From the NCBI GenBank assembly GCA_021802825.1, contig JAJZRG010000008.1, positions 16,715 to 80,714 of the forward strand: a DNA stretch of 64,000 nucleotides, in the 5' to 3' direction. How positions within the stretch are numbered: position 1 is the first letter of the stretch; each line of letters begins with the position of its first letter. The notes below the pieces were generated by a model. The model was not told where the DNA came from, searched no databases, and was given only the letters and a program-made list of their open reading frames with translations. The position numbers and the translations under genes are program-made. This DNA comes from Chloroflexota bacterium (GTDB lineage: Bacteria; Chloroflexota; Limnocylindria; Limnocylindrales; CSP1-4). Shown one piece after another: positions 63,162-64,000 of the stretch.

Positions 63162-63744
63162 GTGAAGCAGACCTATCAGGGCCGGTCGCGCCAAGCAATT
63201 GGGCTGGTGGCAGGCATCGCCATGGGCTGCGCCATGCTTCTCGGAGCGCAGGTCCCGAGAGCCCAGTGCCGGCGGCCCGCCGGGCGCGACGACCGGCACC
63301 GGCATTTCCATCGACCCCAACGGGCCCAGAACCCCGGCCGCGCTCGGCTACACACAAGCGTACGCCGATGCGAAGGGCGCTCAGCTCGCACAGGCGATCA
63401 ACGACACCTCGCTGAGCGGCTACGAGACACGAATCGTCTACGAGATCGACAGCTTTCCGGAGCCGCTCTACACACGCGTCGACGTCTCCAGCCCCTACTA
63501 CGTGTGGCACCAGAGCAACTACGCCCTCCACGCGACCTTGAGCGTCGGCTACTGGTCTTCGGGCGCCCAGGTGACGATCGGCGATCCCTACACCGCCTCG
63601 ACCAGCGGCTGTCCGGAGGGGATCGGGTACCCCGGGTACAGCGCGACGCCCGATCAGGGATGCATTTACTTCGGGTACTCGGCGTCTAGCTACTATCGCG
63701 CGAAGAGCGGGGTGGTGCAATCTGAGCTGCCCGAGCAGTACTAG
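63162..63744 (+). pseudogene. Secreted protein gene split by a frameshift (signal peptide in one frame, Tyr/Ser/Gly-rich mature domain in the +1 frame)
   Basis: GTG 63162 follows a GGGAGGG Shine-Dalgarno and gives MKQTYQGRSRQAIGLVAGIAMGCAMLLGAQ. From about 63260 the protein-like frame is that of ORF 63199..63744 (GPPGATTGTGISIDPNGP...YYVWHQSNY...). This could be a sequencing error. Confidence 0.4.
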
Positions 63745-63751
63745 GCAGACC

Positions 63752-64000
63752 GTGGGCCAGTCGAGGGCAACGGGCAAGCTCCCACTCCTGAGGGCAGCCA
63801 TCGCGACGCTCGCCGTCGTGACGGCCGGGTGCGGCACGCCGCCGCCGGCGCCCACGCCACACGGCACGCTCGCCGCTCCCACACCTGCCTCGCCACCAGT
63901 GACAGCCCCTCACGCGTCAGCCATGCCGTCCGCCTCGGCGACCCCGTCCGCCTTTGCGAGTGGCAGCCCGGTGAGGGTCGTGTCGCTCCCGGACTCCTAC
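63752..64000 (+). CDS. Putative lipoprotein (first 83 codons; runs off window end)
   Basis: Own translation from GTG 63752: VGQSRATGKLPLLRAAIATLAVVTAGCGTPPPAPTP... It has the lipobox VTAGC and no stop before 64000. Confidence 0.45.
   Translation, partial: MGQSRATGKLPLLRAAIATLAVVTAGCGTPPPAPTPHGTLAAPTPASPPVTAPHASAMPSASATPSAFASGSPVRVVSLPDSY

Noticed and set aside
62959-63882. 307-aa minus-strand ORF
   Set aside because: Its composition is Arg/Gly/Ala/Val-rich antisense-type. The plus strand carries a more protein-like (Tyr/Ser/Thr-rich, signal-peptide-bearing) gene and the start of a lipoprotein gene.

Overview
This is a 64-kb, very GC-rich (about 70% by eye, not computed) bacterial chromosomal segment. 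It looks most like an actinobacterium: it has a two-domain MshD-like GNAT, an orphan MsiK-type sugar ATPase, many GTG/TTG starts and many 4-nt start/stop overlaps. I call about 55 protein-coding genes, one tRNA, four pseudogenes or gene remnants, and several repeat or palindrome elements. I saw no rRNA, CRISPR array or intact transposase. All product calls rest on motif and family recognition by eye, not on searches.

Main blocks:
1. 1-13.7 kb: a quaternary-amine (probably glycine betaine) catabolic supercluster. It holds a divergent DMG-oxidase-like gene, a GntR regulator, a translationally coupled corrinoid methyltransferase operon (corrinoid protein, DUF1638, small unknown, methyl-THF methyltransferase, RamA-like reductive activase, non-pyrrolysine MttB-family methyltransferase, DinB), an IclR regulator and an OpuA-type betaine ABC importer.
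2. 14-38 kb: mostly housekeeping genes. These include an EnvC-like M23 peptidase, glgC, NAPRTase, NUDIX, a MalK-like ATPase, OsmC, pgm, an MFS/ArsR pair, prolyl oligopeptidase, pirin, lepB and a GlcD-GlcF fusion. Embedded in this block is an unusual three-gene operon: a YbjN-like protein plus two doubly membrane-anchored gluzincin paralogues, one of which has lost a zinc ligand.
3. 38.5-43.9 kb: a decayed integrative island in tRNA-His. It is bounded by a degenerate copy of the tRNA 3' half and carries an ECF sigma factor, a membrane partner, a small metzincin and a broken tyrosine integrase.
4. 44-64 kb: a CAP-domain secreted protein, a MacB-type ABC transporter, bioY, an MpaB-like oxygenase, GNAT, an M1-like peptidase, GlcD, a flavodoxin-like protein, an S8 protease, a thioredoxin-domain protein and tatA. 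These are interrupted by two gene-poor patches (57.6-58.7 kb and 62.2-63.8 kb) rich in palindromes, a 17-nt tandem array, gene fragments and a frameshifted secreted-protein gene.

Many very long ORFs in the supplied track are antisense shadow ORFs typical of high-GC DNA, and I rejected them.
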